DNA from: Streptosporangiaceae bacterium
GTDB lineage: Bacteria; Actinomycetota; Actinomycetes; Streptosporangiales; Streptosporangiaceae
Reading direction: 5' to 3'
Length of the DNA stretch: 64,000 nt
Assembly (NCBI GenBank): GCA_035553055.1
Contig: DATNEK010000062.1
Coordinates: forward strand, 2,539-66,538
How positions within the stretch are numbered: position 1 is the stretch's first letter; the number at the start of each line of letters is the position of its first letter. The translations under genes were made by a program, and so were the position numbers. Positions 18,103-27,895 of this stretch are shown here, piece by piece. The notes under the pieces were generated by a model. That model made no database searches and was not told the DNA's origin. It worked only from the letters and a program-made list of their open reading frames with translations.

Positions 18103-19674
18103 ATGTCAGAGGTCGAGGCGGTGGCCAGCCAGAGAGCGGAGCCAGCGTTCGGGCGAAGGCGCGATGTCATGATCGTGCTGCCCGGTCTGCTGCTCGCGCT
18201 TATCCTCGCCATGCTTGACCAACTCGTTGTGTCAACAGCGCTGCCGAGGATTGTCGGCGATCTGGGCGGTCTCAACCACCTGTCCTGGGTCGTCACCGCG
18301 TACGTGCTTGCCTCGACCATCACGACGCCGCTCTACGGCAAGCTCGGCGACCTGTACGGCCGCAAACGGCTGCTGATCACGGCGATCGTGATCTTCCTGG
18401 TCGGCTCGGCGCTGTCCGGGCAGGCGCACTCGATGGATCAGCTGATCGCGTTCCGCGCGCTGCAGGGGCTGGGTGCGGGCGGCCTGATTGTCGGCACCAT
18501 CGCCACCATCGGCGACTTGGTCTCGCCACGTGAGCGCGGCCAGTACATGGGTTACATGATGGCCGCGATGATGATCGCGATGATCGCTGGTCCGCTGGTC
18601 GGCGGCTACATTACCGACAGCCTGTCCTGGCGCTGGATCTTCTACATCAACATGCCGATCGGCGGCGCGGCTTTGCTCTACATCCTCGCGACGCTGCACC
18701 TGCCGGTCAAGAAGATCGCTCACAAGATCGACTATCTGGGCTCGATCCTGCTCGCGGTCGGCGCGACCGCGATTGTGCTGGTCACCACCTGGGGTGGCAC
18801 CCAGTACGCGTGGGGGTCGGCGACGATCATGTCGCTGATCGTGGTGGCCATCGGTGCGGTCGCGGCGTTCATCTGGATCGAGTTCCGTGCCGAGGAGCCG
18901 ATCCTGCCGATGCACGTGTTCAAGAACCGGAACTTCTCGCTGGCCAGCAGCATGAGCTTCCTGCTCGGTCTGGCGATGTTCGGCGCGATGACCTTCCTGC
19001 CGCTCTACCAGCAGACCGTGCAGCATGCCTCCCCGACCGTCAGTGGCCTGCTGCTGATCCCGATGATGCTCGGCGCCACCACCACGTCGCTGATCGCCGG
19101 CCGGATGACCGTGAAGACCGGCAAGTACAAGATGCTGCCGATCATCGGCGGCGGGGTCATGACCTTCGCGATGCTGCTACTGGCCACGCTTGGCCCGAAC
19201 ACCTCGCGATTCGTCTCGGCCATCTTCTTCGGGATCTTCGGCATCGGCATGGGCTTCCTGATGCAGATCACCACGCTGATCGCACAGAACAGCGTCGACC
19301 CGAAGGACATGGGCGTGGCGAGCAGCTCACGCTCGTTCTTCCAGCAGATCGGCGGCTCGATCGGAGTGTCGATCTTCGGGGTGGTGTTCTTCAAGGCGCT
19401 GAACGGCTCGATCGCAGGCAAGCTGCCCGGTTTGAAGGTCAACGGAACCGGCGGGCTGAGCCCCACGGCCGTGCAGCACATGCCGGCCGCGATCCGCGCC
19501 GTCGTGTTCGGCGGCATCGCTCACGGCCTCGACACGGTGTTCATCTGGGCGGCGCCGACCGCGGCGATCGTGTTCGCGCTGGCCTGGCTGGTCAAGGAGA
19601 TTCCGCTGCGCGGCCGCGCCGACGGACCGCCGGCGGTGTCCGAGCCGCAGCCCGAGCCGTCGCTGGTCTCCTGA
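18103..19674 (+). CDS. MFS transporter, DHA2 (14-TM EmrB/QacA-like) drug:H+ antiporter
   Basis: 14 hydrophobic spans and motif GKLGDLYGRKR between TM2 and TM3. Start refined to ATG 18103, preceded by GGGAACGAGGGAG. Confidence 0.9.
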   Translation: MSEVEAVASQRAEPAFGRRRDVMIVLPGLLLALILAMLDQLVVSTALPRIVGDLGGLNHLSWVVTAYVLASTITTPLYGKLGDLYGRKRLLITAIVIFLVGSALSGQAHSMDQLIAFRALQGLGAGGLIVGTIATIGDLVSPRERGQYMGYMMAAMMIAMIAGPLVGGYITDSLSWRWIFYINMPIGGAALLYILATLHLPVKKIAHKIDYLGSILLAVGATAIVLVTTWGGTQYAWGSATIMSLIVVAIGAVAAFIWIEFRAEEPILPMHVFKNRNFSLASSMSFLLGLAMFGAMTFLPLYQQTVQHASPTVSGLLLIPMMLGATTTSLIAGRMTVKTGKYKMLPIIGGGVMTFAMLLLATLGPNTSRFVSAIFFGIFGIGMGFLMQITTLIAQNSVDPKDMGVASSSRSFFQQIGGSIGVSIFGVVFFKALNGSIAGKLPGLKVNGTGGLSPTAVQHMPAAIRAVVFGGIAHGLDTVFIWAAPTAAIVFALAWLVKEIPLRGRADGPPAVSEPQPEPSLVS

Positions 19675-19688
19675 CTCTCGCGAAAGAC

Positions 19689-19715
19689 GACCCCGGACCA
19701 CGCAGGTCCGGGGTC
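19689..19715. terminator. Bidirectional stem-loop between the convergent MFS and greA genes
   Basis: GACCCCGGACC-ACGCA-GGTCCGGGGTC is a perfect 11-bp stem. It is followed by GCTTCTTTCC on the plus strand and TCGTCTTTCG on the minus strand. Confidence 0.6.
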
Positions 19716-19729
19716 GCTTCTTTCCAGGC

Positions 19730-20230
19730 TTAGCTGGCGCCGTAAGGCACCGCGTCGATGATCTCGACGGTCACTGAACGGCCGTTCGGCCGGTTAAAGC
19801 TCGCTGACTCGCCGACCTTCTTGCCAGATATCGCCGAGCCAAGCGGTGACTTCGGCGAGTACACGTCGATCGGCGCGCCGCTTTCCTCGCGCGAGGCAAG
19901 CAGGAACGTCACCTCGGTGTCCTCGCCTTCGAACTTAACCGTCACGGTCATGCCCGGGCCGACGACACCGTCGGTCCGTGGCGGTTCGCCGACCTTGGAG
20001 TGCGTCAGGATGTGGGTCAGCTGGTGTATCCGCGCCTCCTGCTTGCCCTGCTCCTCCTTGGCGGCGTGGTAGCCGCCGTTCTCGCGCAGGTCGCCCTCTT
20101 CCCGAGCTGCCTCTATCTTCTTGGCAATGTCGATCCTGCCCTGACCGGAGAGGTGGTCCAGCTCGGCCTTGAGCCGGTCGTACGCCTCCTGAGTTAGCCA
20201 GGTGACAGTGTCGTCACGGGTCTCGGTCAC
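19730..20230 (-). CDS. greA: Transcription elongation factor GreA
   Basis: TWLTQEAYDRLKAELDHL coiled-coil domain and a C-terminal GreA/B domain. Start refined to GTG 20230, preceded by GAGGAG, giving a 166-aa product typical of GreA. Confidence 0.92.
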   Translation of the reverse strand: MTETRDDTVTWLTQEAYDRLKAELDHLSGQGRIDIAKKIEAAREEGDLRENGGYHAAKEEQGKQEARIHQLTHILTHSKVGEPPRTDGVVGPGMTVTVKFEGEDTEVTFLLASREESGAPIDVYSPKSPLGSAISGKKVGESASFNRPNGRSVTVEIIDAVPYGAS

Positions 20231-20818
20231 AAGCACTCCTCGCATCCGCCGTACGGAGACCAACTCCGCCGGGCCCCGGCCGGGCCCCATCATGGGGGTA
20301 ATTCATCGAGACTACTTTGTCCACCTGAGTCAGTTCAACCATCTACAGGTCAGGCTAATAATTCGAACTCGATATCGAAATTGAATCAGTATTAAAGGTA
20401 AATTTCTCCCACGGATTTTAGAGACAGCGGGTACAAGTCGCTAGTTTCGGCCCGCTGAAGTTGAGGTGACCGCAGAAGAACGCTAGACCTAACAGGCCGC
20501 CCTGCGAGCGGAAGCGCGCAATGTTGTGTCCGAGCGCGTCTCGGGCGGCTGCGGAATGCCGCTCAGGGTCACGCTTGTTGAGTCATGCGGCGCATGCCGG
20601 CAGCGCGGTATCCCGGCCAGGGACGCACGGGAGGCGGCGCTTTCGCCCGAATAGTCCCATCGAGAGGCAAATCTCGGATGTCAGCAGCAGCAGGTCCTGA
20701 GTCAGCCGTGCCGCGTGACGGCGGCGCCCAGGCGCTCATCCCGGACGGCGTCGATCTTGCTCCGCCTACTGAGTGCGCGTGCTCCGGCGAGCGCCTCGCC
20801 CATGGCGACGCCGGGCCG

Positions 20819-21712
20819 TTGCGACTGATGGCCGTCCACGCGCATCCCGATGACGAGTCAAGCAAGGGCGCGGCGACGATGGCCAGGTACGTCAGGGAGG
20901 GCGTCGACGTGCTGGTCTGCACGCTGACCGGCGGCGAGCGCGGCGACATACTCAACAAGGCCATGGACCGGCCCGAGGTGCGGGCCAACCTGCCGCGGAT
21001 CCGCAGGGAGGAGATGGCCAAGGCGCGCGACATCCTGGGCGTCCGCCAGCAGTTTCTCGGATTCGTCGACTCAGGGCTGCCGCAGGGCGATCCGCTGCCG
21101 CCGCTGCCTGACGGCTGCTTCGCGCTCCAGCCGCTCGAAGTCGCGGCCAAGCCGCTGGTCAAGGCGGTACGCGAGTTCAAGCCGCACGTGATTCTCACCT
21201 ACGACGACAACGGCGGTTACCCGCACCCCGACCACATCATGACCCACCGGGTGTCGGTCGAGGCGTTCGAGGCAGCCGCCGATCCCGAGCGCTACGCCGA
21301 TTGCGGTGACCCGTGGCAGCCGCTGAAGCTCTACTACTTCGTCAGCTTCCACCGGGCGAGGTTCATGGCGCTGCACGAGAAGATGCTCGAGCATGGCCTT
21401 GAGTCGCCCTACGCTGAGCGTCTTGCCGAGTGGTCGCAGCGGCCAGGCGATCCGTCGATGAAGGTGTTCGAGATCACCACGCGGGTGCCGTGCGGTGACT
21501 ACTTCGAGATCCGCGATCAGGCGCTTATCGCGCACGCCACCCAGGTCGACCCGAACGGAAGCTGGTTCGGCTGCCCGGTGAGCCTGCAGCGGGAGGCGTG
21601 GCCGACCGAGGACTATCATCTGGCTAGGTCGATAGTTGATACGCCGGCTGTGAACGCCGACGATCTGGAAGACGACCTGTTCGCCGGGATCCGAGAGAAG
21701 GTGCGGTGTTGA
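20819..21712 (+). CDS. mca: Mycothiol S-conjugate amidase (LmbE/PIG-L family)
   Basis: LRLMAVHAHPDDES, TLTGGERG and HPDH. In my recollection the mycobacterial Mca N-terminus begins just before LRLMAVHAHPDDES. The start is uncertain: TTG 20819, ATG 20828, or an upstream in-frame ATG at 20678. Confidence 0.88.
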   Translation: MRLMAVHAHPDDESSKGAATMARYVREGVDVLVCTLTGGERGDILNKAMDRPEVRANLPRIRREEMAKARDILGVRQQFLGFVDSGLPQGDPLPPLPDGCFALQPLEVAAKPLVKAVREFKPHVILTYDDNGGYPHPDHIMTHRVSVEAFEAAADPERYADCGDPWQPLKLYYFVSFHRARFMALHEKMLEHGLESPYAERLAEWSQRPGDPSMKVFEITTRVPCGDYFEIRDQALIAHATQVDPNGSWFGCPVSLQREAWPTEDYHLARSIVDTPAVNADDLEDDLFAGIREKVRC

Positions 21713-21924
21713 TTGTCCTGGCAGCTGCGGGGGCGACCAAGACCAGCTTGCTCGCTCAGCCAGGCACAGTCGCGTTCCTTGTCGTTTTCGGCATGGCAGT
21801 GATCTTGTACTTTGTCTTCCGGTCGATGTCGAAACATCTGCGCAAGGTGAACCAGATGGCACGCGACGAGGCGGAGGCGGTCGCTCGCGCCGAGGGGCAG
21901 GACGCTTCAGACCCGTCCAGGTAG
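21706..21924 (+). CDS. Small membrane protein coupled to mca
   Basis: 72 aa with one hydrophobic helix. The start overlaps the mca stop (GTGTTGA). It occupies the same position as the small membrane gene that follows mca in mycobacteria. Confidence 0.6.
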   Translation: MLIVLAAAGATKTSLLAQPGTVAFLVVFGMAVILYFVFRSMSKHLRKVNQMARDEAEAVARAEGQDASDPSR

Positions 21925-22476
21925 CGGCATGCCGTAGGCAAGCAGCACTTGCCCTGGCGATGGCGACCAGTCTCTGCCTGGCAGCCTGCGAAAGCCGGCC
22001 CGCTCGTAAAGTCGCTGCGCAGCGCGCATCTCGGGCTGCGTGAGCAGTACCAGATGATCGACTCCGCTGGCGCTCGCACGCTCGATCACCGCCGCGAGCA
22101 GAGCACTTCCGACGCCAGCGCCTTGAGCATCGGGAGCGACGGCAAGCGCTCTGATCTCGGCCTCGGCTGAGCCGGTCACGACCTGGCCGGCGTGCGGCCA
22201 TGGCTGCAGCATGACGGTGCCGGAGATAGCGTCGTGCTGGCCGGCACCTGGCCGCGGCGCTGACACGGCGACGAGTACGGCGCCGGCTCCGTCGGCGCCG
22301 AGTTCGCGCAACTGCGCCTCGTAGCCCGAGTTCTCTGACAGATACCCGCCCGAGCGATATGCGGTAACCCTTAGCTGCCCGACCTCGGCCATCTCCTGCG
22401 GCAAAGCGTCGCGAATAAGCACGAAACTTAAGCTATCCCCACGGCCGTCATAGCTCGGCCGGGCGAGTGTGCGCAC
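21907..22476 (-). CDS. GNAT family N-acetyltransferase
   Basis: Acetyl-CoA motif A: LAVAPDAQGAGVGSALL, followed by RLYERAGF. Confidence 0.85.
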   Translation of the reverse strand: MRTLARPSYDGRGDSLSFVLIRDALPQEMAEVGQLRVTAYRSGGYLSENSGYEAQLRELGADGAGAVLVAVSAPRPGAGQHDAISGTVMLQPWPHAGQVVTGSAEAEIRALAVAPDAQGAGVGSALLAAVIERASASGVDHLVLLTQPEMRAAQRLYERAGFRRLPGRDWSPSPGQVLLAYGMPLPGRV

Positions 22477-22542
22477 CGGGTATCCCGGGCAACTAGCCTG
22501 GAGCCCGCCGACGACAACGTGGCGTGAAGGAGTGAGCTATCG

Positions 22543-22887
22543 GTGAACCAGTCATCTCCGCAAGGCCAGGTTCCGCACGTGCAGGCATCCGCGGTGCCAG
22601 CGGACGGATGGCTGCTTGATGTGCGAGAGCCAGACGAGTGGGCGGCCGGTCACGCCCCGGAGGCCAGGCACATCCCGCTCGGCGAACTCGGCGTGCGCGT
22701 CGCCGAGATTCCCGCCGACCAGGCCGTCTACGTGATCTGCCGGTCGGGCCATAGATCGGCGCAGGCGACCGAGGCGCTTAACGCGGCGGGCTGGCAGGCG
22801 ATCAACGTCGCAGGCGGAATGCAGCAGTGGGCGGCCGCAGGCCGAGTCATGGTCAGCGAGTCAGGCGCGCAGCCCTACGTGGCCTGA
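22543..22887 (+). CDS. Rhodanese-like sulfurtransferase domain protein
   Basis: 114 aa with LLDVREPDEW and the active-site loop CRSGHRS. Confidence 0.88.
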   Translation: MNQSSPQGQVPHVQASAVPADGWLLDVREPDEWAAGHAPEARHIPLGELGVRVAEIPADQAVYVICRSGHRSAQATEALNAAGWQAINVAGGMQQWAAAGRVMVSESGAQPYVA

Positions 22888-22916
22888 GGTTTCGAGCGCG
22901 ACCACCGAAGTCCCGG

Positions 22917-23852
22917 TTACCTGGCGCCTAGGCCGAGCAAGAGGCCGTCGGCGACGACGGCAGGCGAGCTCGTGATGAACATCGGCACGCCGTCGGTCGG
23001 CGCTTCGATGGTCTGGAGTAGCTCGGCGCCGTCGATGGTCGAGACGGTGCCGAGCACCTGCCCTTGGGCCACCGACTCGCCCGGCCGCACGGCCGGCTCC
23101 CACCACCCGGCGTGCGCGCAGCGCATCCAGATGAAGCGACTCAGCCTGATCGGCGCACTCAGCCCAGCGTCAGCCAGCGACGGCGGGGGTTCATCGCTCA
23201 TGCCTAGCTGCGCGAGCACTCGGTTGAGGCCACGCACGTGCATCTCGACCGCGGCGGGTTCTACCAGGCCGCAGCCTCCCGCCTCGGCGGTGATCGCCGG
23301 GATGCCAAGCTCGGCCGCCGCCGCGCTCGTGGTCCCGGCGACGGCGCGGTCGGGTCCTGGCTCTTGCCTGATCACATAGCCGAGCCCATACGCGACCGCC
23401 AGCTCGGCAGCGCGCTCCTGCGCCGGCCCGGCGTCGTAGAGCGCGAAGGGCTCGAGCGCCTCAGGCTGGTCGCCGCAGTGCGCGTCGATGACCGCGTCGG
23501 CCCCGGCAATGAGCGCACCGAACGCGGCATGCGCGAACCGCTCGGTAAAGGAACCGGAAGGGTTACCGGGAAAATGCCGGTTCAGGTTCTTGCCGTCGGC
23601 CGGGATCACGAACGGGCTGCGGGCTTCGAACGCTGGCAGGTTGAGCACCGGCACCGCGCGCACCGAGCCGCGAAGCTCGCGCTGCGCCAGGCCAGCCGCC
23701 CACGCGCGGACGCCAGCCATCGACGCGTACTCGCAACCGTGCACGCCGGCGATCACGGTCAGCTTCGGTCCGTCACCGGAGCCGGCTACGTCGACGACTG
23801 GAACCTCGCACCCGGCTATGTCGATCGTGTGCCGGCGCACCGTCGCGGGCAT
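22917..23852 (-). CDS. Succinylglutamate desuccinylase/aspartoacylase (AstE/AspA, M14-like) family deacylase
   Basis: LTVIAGVHGCEYAS (HxxE zinc site) and a later DAHCG. It lies 3 nt downstream of the reductase-amidase fusion gene. Confidence 0.8.
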   Translation of the reverse strand: MPATVRRHTIDIAGCEVPVVDVAGSGDGPKLTVIAGVHGCEYASMAGVRAWAAGLAQRELRGSVRAVPVLNLPAFEARSPFVIPADGKNLNRHFPGNPSGSFTERFAHAAFGALIAGADAVIDAHCGDQPEALEPFALYDAGPAQERAAELAVAYGLGYVIRQEPGPDRAVAGTTSAAAAELGIPAITAEAGGCGLVEPAAVEMHVRGLNRVLAQLGMSDEPPPSLADAGLSAPIRLSRFIWMRCAHAGWWEPAVRPGESVAQGQVLGTVSTIDGAELLQTIEAPTDGVPMFITSSPAVVADGLLLGLGAR

Positions 23853-23855
23853 GGC

Positions 23856-26027
23856 TCAGTCCTTCCTCGGGTCACTGGAGTAGGTCATCGGCGAGAACAC
23901 CTGCTCGGCGGCAGCGGCGACGTCCAGCAAATCGAAGTCGGCGCCGCGCCGGCCGGCGAGCTGCAATCCGGCCGGGAGCCCCGCGATCGGCACGGGCAGC
24001 GAGATCGCCGGGTGGCCGGTCAGGTTGTACGGGCCGGTGAACCGGCCTTCGCCGTTGTCGTCGCCCAATCCGAAGGGCGGGTCCTGCTCGGGTGCGGTGT
24101 AGCCGACCGTCGGCCCGGCCAGCACGTCGACCCCTGCGAGGTTCAGTTCGATCGAGGCGGTCAACTCGGCCTGTTCGTCAAGCGCTCTGGCGAACATCGC
24201 GTCTGTCACCGACGCGCCGAACGCGAGCAGCGCCCTGGTGCCGTCGCTATAACGGCTGGTGTCCTTGCTCGCGTGGGTAGCAAAAGTTTCTTTAGAAACA
24301 ATAACCGCCAGCGACTGTTCCCACTTGGCAAGCTGGTCGAGCCAGGAGCCGGTCAGCTCGTGCAGCTCCCAGCCGGCCTGCGCCAGAGCAGCGAGGGCTG
24401 CCGTCACAGCGTCCGCGACCTCAGTGGTCACCGACGAGTCAGCGAGCTGCGCGCTGAGCACGCCGACGCGAAAACGCCTCCCGCGCCGGCCTCCATCGCC
24501 GGATCCGGGTGCGGGCAGGGGCTGGGCGGCGATCACGGAGAGCAGCCTGGCTGAGTCAGCCACGGTCGCGGTCAGCGTGCCGGCGTGGTCGCAGCGCGGC
24601 GAGAGCGGGAAGATGCCGCCGACGGGGACAAATCCGTAAGTCGGCTTGAGGCCGACGACTCCGCAGTAGGAGGCAGGAATCCTGATCGATCCGCCGGTGT
24701 CGGTGCCGATGGACAGCGCGCATACGCCGGCGGCGATCAGCGCGGCTGATCCTCCCGATGAGCCGCCCGAAGTGCGCGACGGGTCCCTCGGGTTGCGGGT
24801 GTCCCCGATGTCGGGATGGGCGAACCCCGCCGCATACTCCAGGCACTGAGTCGCGGCGAACACCTCCGCGCCGGCGGCGCGCAGGCGCGTCACGATGACC
24901 GCGTCCTTCTTGGCTGGCCCGGGGTCGCTGGCCGGGCTGCCGCATCTGGTCGGCACGCCGGCGATCGAGGCGATGTCCTTGACCGCGACCGGCTCGCCAG
25001 CCAGTGGTCCGTGCGCGGCCCGGTCAGGAGCGCCGATCACGGCGGCGACGGCGTTCAGCGGCGTGCCGAGGCGGTCGAGACGCTCATAGGTCGCCAGCAG
25101 GTCGAGGTTGGACCGCGAGCAAACCCGGTCGCCGCTCTCGATGGCCTGGACTAGCTCGATGATCCTGGCGATCAGCGGCGCCTGCGGTCCGGCCAGCCCG
25201 TCGAGGATCGCGGCGACCTCGGTCGGACGGTGCAGCACGGCAAGATCGCGGTAGATGCCCGAATGCGTCTTCGCTGACCGCCGGTTGAACTCGGCCAGTC
25301 TCGTCAGCGATCCGTCGAGATCGGCTGGGTCAAAGCCGTCGAGTGGCACCGCCGGCAGCGGCGCCTGGGCGAGCACTTGCCTTGCCACCGCGAGCATGAG
25401 CGGCTGATACGCGGGATCGTCAAGCGTGTCGGCGATCGGCAGATCGCTGACCGCGCCCGCGGCGAGCATCGCGCCGTAAGCCTCCTTGGCCCAGATATAG
25501 CCGAGCACGTTGGAGGTGATCTCGGCGTCGGCGATGTCGGCGGCGAGCGAGGTGATCCGGTCGCTGATTGTGCCGTCAGTCTCGCCGACCACGAACGTTG
25601 CCCGGTTGCCGCGCAGCACAAGGCCAGGTTCGATGACGTCGGCGCCGAAGTTGACGCAGGCCTCGACCACCTTGCCTGGTCCAACCGCATCGGCGAGCAC
25701 AGCCGTGTTCAGCCCGTTCTGCATGGACAGCACGTAGCCGGAACCGCCAAGCCGCCCGGCGACCGCCGCGGCGGCGGTCGCCGTGTGATGCGCCTTGACC
25801 GAGATGAGCACCGGGCAGTCAAGCACCGAAGGCAACTCGTCAGGAAGAACCGCTCCGGCGTGCGCGGTGAAGTCCTCCACCGGGCCGGTGATCCTGATGC
25901 CATGCGCTCTGACCGCGTCGACGACGCGCGGGTCAGCGTCCGCGATTAGCACATCGTGGCCGTCCCGTACCAGGCCGGCCGCCACAGTACCCCCGATGGC
26001 CCCACAGCCAAGCACTATATAACGCAC
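23856..26027 (-). CDS. Fusion protein: ketopantoate-reductase-like (ApbA/PanE) N-domain plus amidase-signature (GatA-like) C-domain
   Basis: N-terminus [19 protein letters not shown] is a Rossmann motif in an ApbA-type ~300-aa module. The C-terminal half has [21 protein letters not shown] and [14 protein letters not shown], the amidase signature. Confidence 0.85.
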   Translation of the reverse strand: MRYIVLGCGAIGGTVAAGLVRDGHDVLIADADPRVVDAVRAHGIRITGPVEDFTAHAGAVLPDELPSVLDCPVLISVKAHHTATAAAAVAGRLGGSGYVLSMQNGLNTAVLADAVGPGKVVEACVNFGADVIEPGLVLRGNRATFVVGETDGTISDRITSLAADIADAEITSNVLGYIWAKEAYGAMLAAGAVSDLPIADTLDDPAYQPLMLAVARQVLAQAPLPAVPLDGFDPADLDGSLTRLAEFNRRSAKTHSGIYRDLAVLHRPTEVAAILDGLAGPQAPLIARIIELVQAIESGDRVCSRSNLDLLATYERLDRLGTPLNAVAAVIGAPDRAAHGPLAGEPVAVKDIASIAGVPTRCGSPASDPGPAKKDAVIVTRLRAAGAEVFAATQCLEYAAGFAHPDIGDTRNPRDPSRTSGGSSGGSAALIAAGVCALSIGTDTGGSIRIPASYCGVVGLKPTYGFVPVGGIFPLSPRCDHAGTLTATVADSARLLSVIAAQPLPAPGSGDGGRRGRRFRVGVLSAQLADSSVTTEVADAVTAALAALAQAGWELHELTGSWLDQLAKWEQSLAVIVSKETFATHASKDTSRYSDGTRALLAFGASVTDAMFARALDEQAELTASIELNLAGVDVLAGPTVGYTAPEQDPPFGLGDDNGEGRFTGPYNLTGHPAISLPVPIAGLPAGLQLAGRRGADFDLLDVAAAAEQVFSPMTYSSDPRKD

Positions 26028-26036
26028 GGCTCGGAA

Positions 26037-26148
26037 CGTTACAACACGGTAACGCCATCGGTCTAGGTATCAGCCTACTATTTACAACTCGCCGGTTTGC
26101 GGCCAGATTATGAAAAACAAAGGTTTGTCCAGCTAGGCTGGTCAGCCT
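26037..26148. promoter_or_regulatory. Divergent promoter region with two short palindromes (candidate LacI-type operators)
   Basis: CGTTAC-N6-GTAACG at 26037-26054 and AGGCTG-GT-CAGCCT at 26135-26148. Both lie in the relatively AT-rich gap between the fusion gene and the ABC binding-protein gene. Confidence 0.25.
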
Positions 26149-26238
26149 GTAGGGCGAGCAGCGTGGCTTGCCGTGTGCCCCGGGCGAGCGGGGATAGCAC
26201 AGCGGTCGGATCTCGGTCGCCTTAACTAAGGAGCTTGC

Positions 26239-27810
26239 GTGAGGGTTCGAATCACATCGGCCAAGGCTCTGATCGCGGCCAGCGCACTCGTTGTACTGGC
26301 CGCCTGCGGTTCAGGAGGAAGTTCGTCGTCCAGCGGATCCGCCGCGCCGGCCGGCGCTCCGATCCGCGGCGGCAACCTCGTATTCGACGCTCTCCAGGAC
26401 GCGCAGTCGATGAACAACACGACCGTCTTCGACAACAACTCGATCTGGATCTTCGAGCAGATCTTCCAGCCGCTGTACACCGTCACGAACAACGGCAAGG
26501 GCGTGGAGCCTTGGCTGGCTACCAGTTACACGATGTCGCCAGACAAGAAGTCATACACGTTCAAGCTCAGGCCAGGCGTGAAGTTCTCCAACGGCAAGCC
26601 GATGACGTCAGCCGACGTGAAGTTCTCGATCGACCAGGACCGCAAGGCGAAGGGCGGATGGGACTTCCTGGACTTGGCGATCGCCTCGGTCGACGACCCG
26701 TCGCCAGGCACGGTGGTCATTCACCTCAAGTACCCGTGGGCGCCGCTGCTTGCCGACTTGTCGATCTTCGCCAACGGCATCGTGCCGAACAACTACGACG
26801 GCCAGACCGAAGCGCAGTTCTACACCCACCCGATCGGCACCGGCCCGTTCATGTGGGATTACTGGCACAAGGGCCAGGCGCTCAAGCTGGTGCGCAACCC
26901 GTACTACTGGCAGCGGGGCAAGCCCTACCTGAACAGCGTGACCTGGGAGGACGTGCCGAGCGACAACACCAGGGAACTCAACCTCAAGGGCGGCCAGGCT
27001 CAGATCGACCAGACTCCGGCCTGGTCAACGGTGGACAGCCTGAAGACCACGCCGGGCGTGACAATGTCCTTGTTCCCCTCGACTCAGACCAACTACCTGG
27101 CGTTCAACGAACATCGCAAGCCGTTCGGCGACGTGCACGTTCGCCGGGCTATCTCGTTCGCGATCAACCGGGCAGCGCTGGTCAAGGCCGTTCTGTTCGG
27201 CAACGGCAAGCCGGCCAACTCACTGTTGCCGCCGCAGGTGCCGTTCTACCAGGCCGCCACCCAGGGGCTGCAGTTCGACCTGACCGCCGCCAAGGCGGAG
27301 ATGGCCAAGTCCTCCGTTCCGCACGGCTTCAGCACCGAAATCATCGTCCCGTCAGGAAACTCGGACTACATCACGATCGCGACGATCCTGCAGGCCGAGC
27401 TGAAGCCTCTCGGCATCAAGCTCAACATCAGCGAGCTTGACCCGAACACCGTCAATAACGACGAACAGCACTTCAAGTACGACATGGTGCTGACGCTGTG
27501 GACGATGGACATCCCTGACCCTGATGAGCTCACCTACTTCGCTGTCGACCCCCAAGGTGGCGCGAGCTCCTTCTTCACGTTCTACAACAACCCGACGGTG
27601 GTCAAGGACACCGTCGCCGCGGAGAAGACCACCGACCCGGCCGCTCGCCAGTCTTTCTACAACGTCGTGCAGGCCGACGCGGCGGCTGACGCGTTCATGG
27701 CCTTCCTGTACTACTCGCCTTACCCATACGCCTCGACGAGCAACGTGCACGGCTTCTTCGTGACACCTCTCGGCAACATGCACATGGAGGACGTCTGGCT
27801 CAGTAAGTAA
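26239..27810 (+). CDS. ABC transporter substrate-binding lipoprotein, family 5 (peptide/nickel type)
   Basis: Lipobox LVVLAACGSGG. Length and sequence pattern are those of an SBP_bac_5 protein. AAGGAG precedes the GTG start. Confidence 0.9.
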   Translation: MRVRITSAKALIAASALVVLAACGSGGSSSSSGSAAPAGAPIRGGNLVFDALQDAQSMNNTTVFDNNSIWIFEQIFQPLYTVTNNGKGVEPWLATSYTMSPDKKSYTFKLRPGVKFSNGKPMTSADVKFSIDQDRKAKGGWDFLDLAIASVDDPSPGTVVIHLKYPWAPLLADLSIFANGIVPNNYDGQTEAQFYTHPIGTGPFMWDYWHKGQALKLVRNPYYWQRGKPYLNSVTWEDVPSDNTRELNLKGGQAQIDQTPAWSTVDSLKTTPGVTMSLFPSTQTNYLAFNEHRKPFGDVHVRRAISFAINRAALVKAVLFGNGKPANSLLPPQVPFYQAATQGLQFDLTAAKAEMAKSSVPHGFSTEIIVPSGNSDYITIATILQAELKPLGIKLNISELDPNTVNNDEQHFKYDMVLTLWTMDIPDPDELTYFAVDPQGGASSFFTFYNNPTVVKDTVAAEKTTDPAARQSFYNVVQADAAADAFMAFLYYSPYPYASTSNVHGFFVTPLGNMHMEDVWLSK

Positions 27811-27825
27811 CGGTGCGGTGCTGGC

Positions 27826-27845
27826 CCAGGGGGACGACCCCCTGG
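27826..27845. repeat. REP-like hairpin CCAGGGGG-ACGA-CCCCCTGG between the binding-protein and permease genes
   Basis: Perfect 8-bp stem with a 4-nt loop and no T-tract. It has the same core as the tandem elements at 3758-3835. Confidence 0.8.
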
Positions 27846-27895
27846 AACCCCCGCACGCCCGCAACTGGCACAGGTACGTTGAGAGGTGAGAGCCA

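Noticed and set aside
21071-22201. 376-aa minus-strand ORF
   Set aside because: It spans mca, the small membrane gene and part of the GNAT gene in antisense or off-frame. The translation is Arg-rich and low in complexity.
23238-24554. 438-aa plus-strand ORF
   Set aside because: Antisense to the deacylase and amidase-fusion genes.
26244-26253. GGTTCGAATC, the T-loop-like sequence of tRNAs
   Set aside because: It lies in the first codons of the binding-protein gene (MRVRITS). No acceptor or anticodon stems can be drawn around it.
26235-27440. 401-aa plus-strand ORF starting 4 nt before the binding-protein gene
   Set aside because: Off-frame shadow. The frame starting at 26239 has the lipobox and the family-5 SBP sequence.
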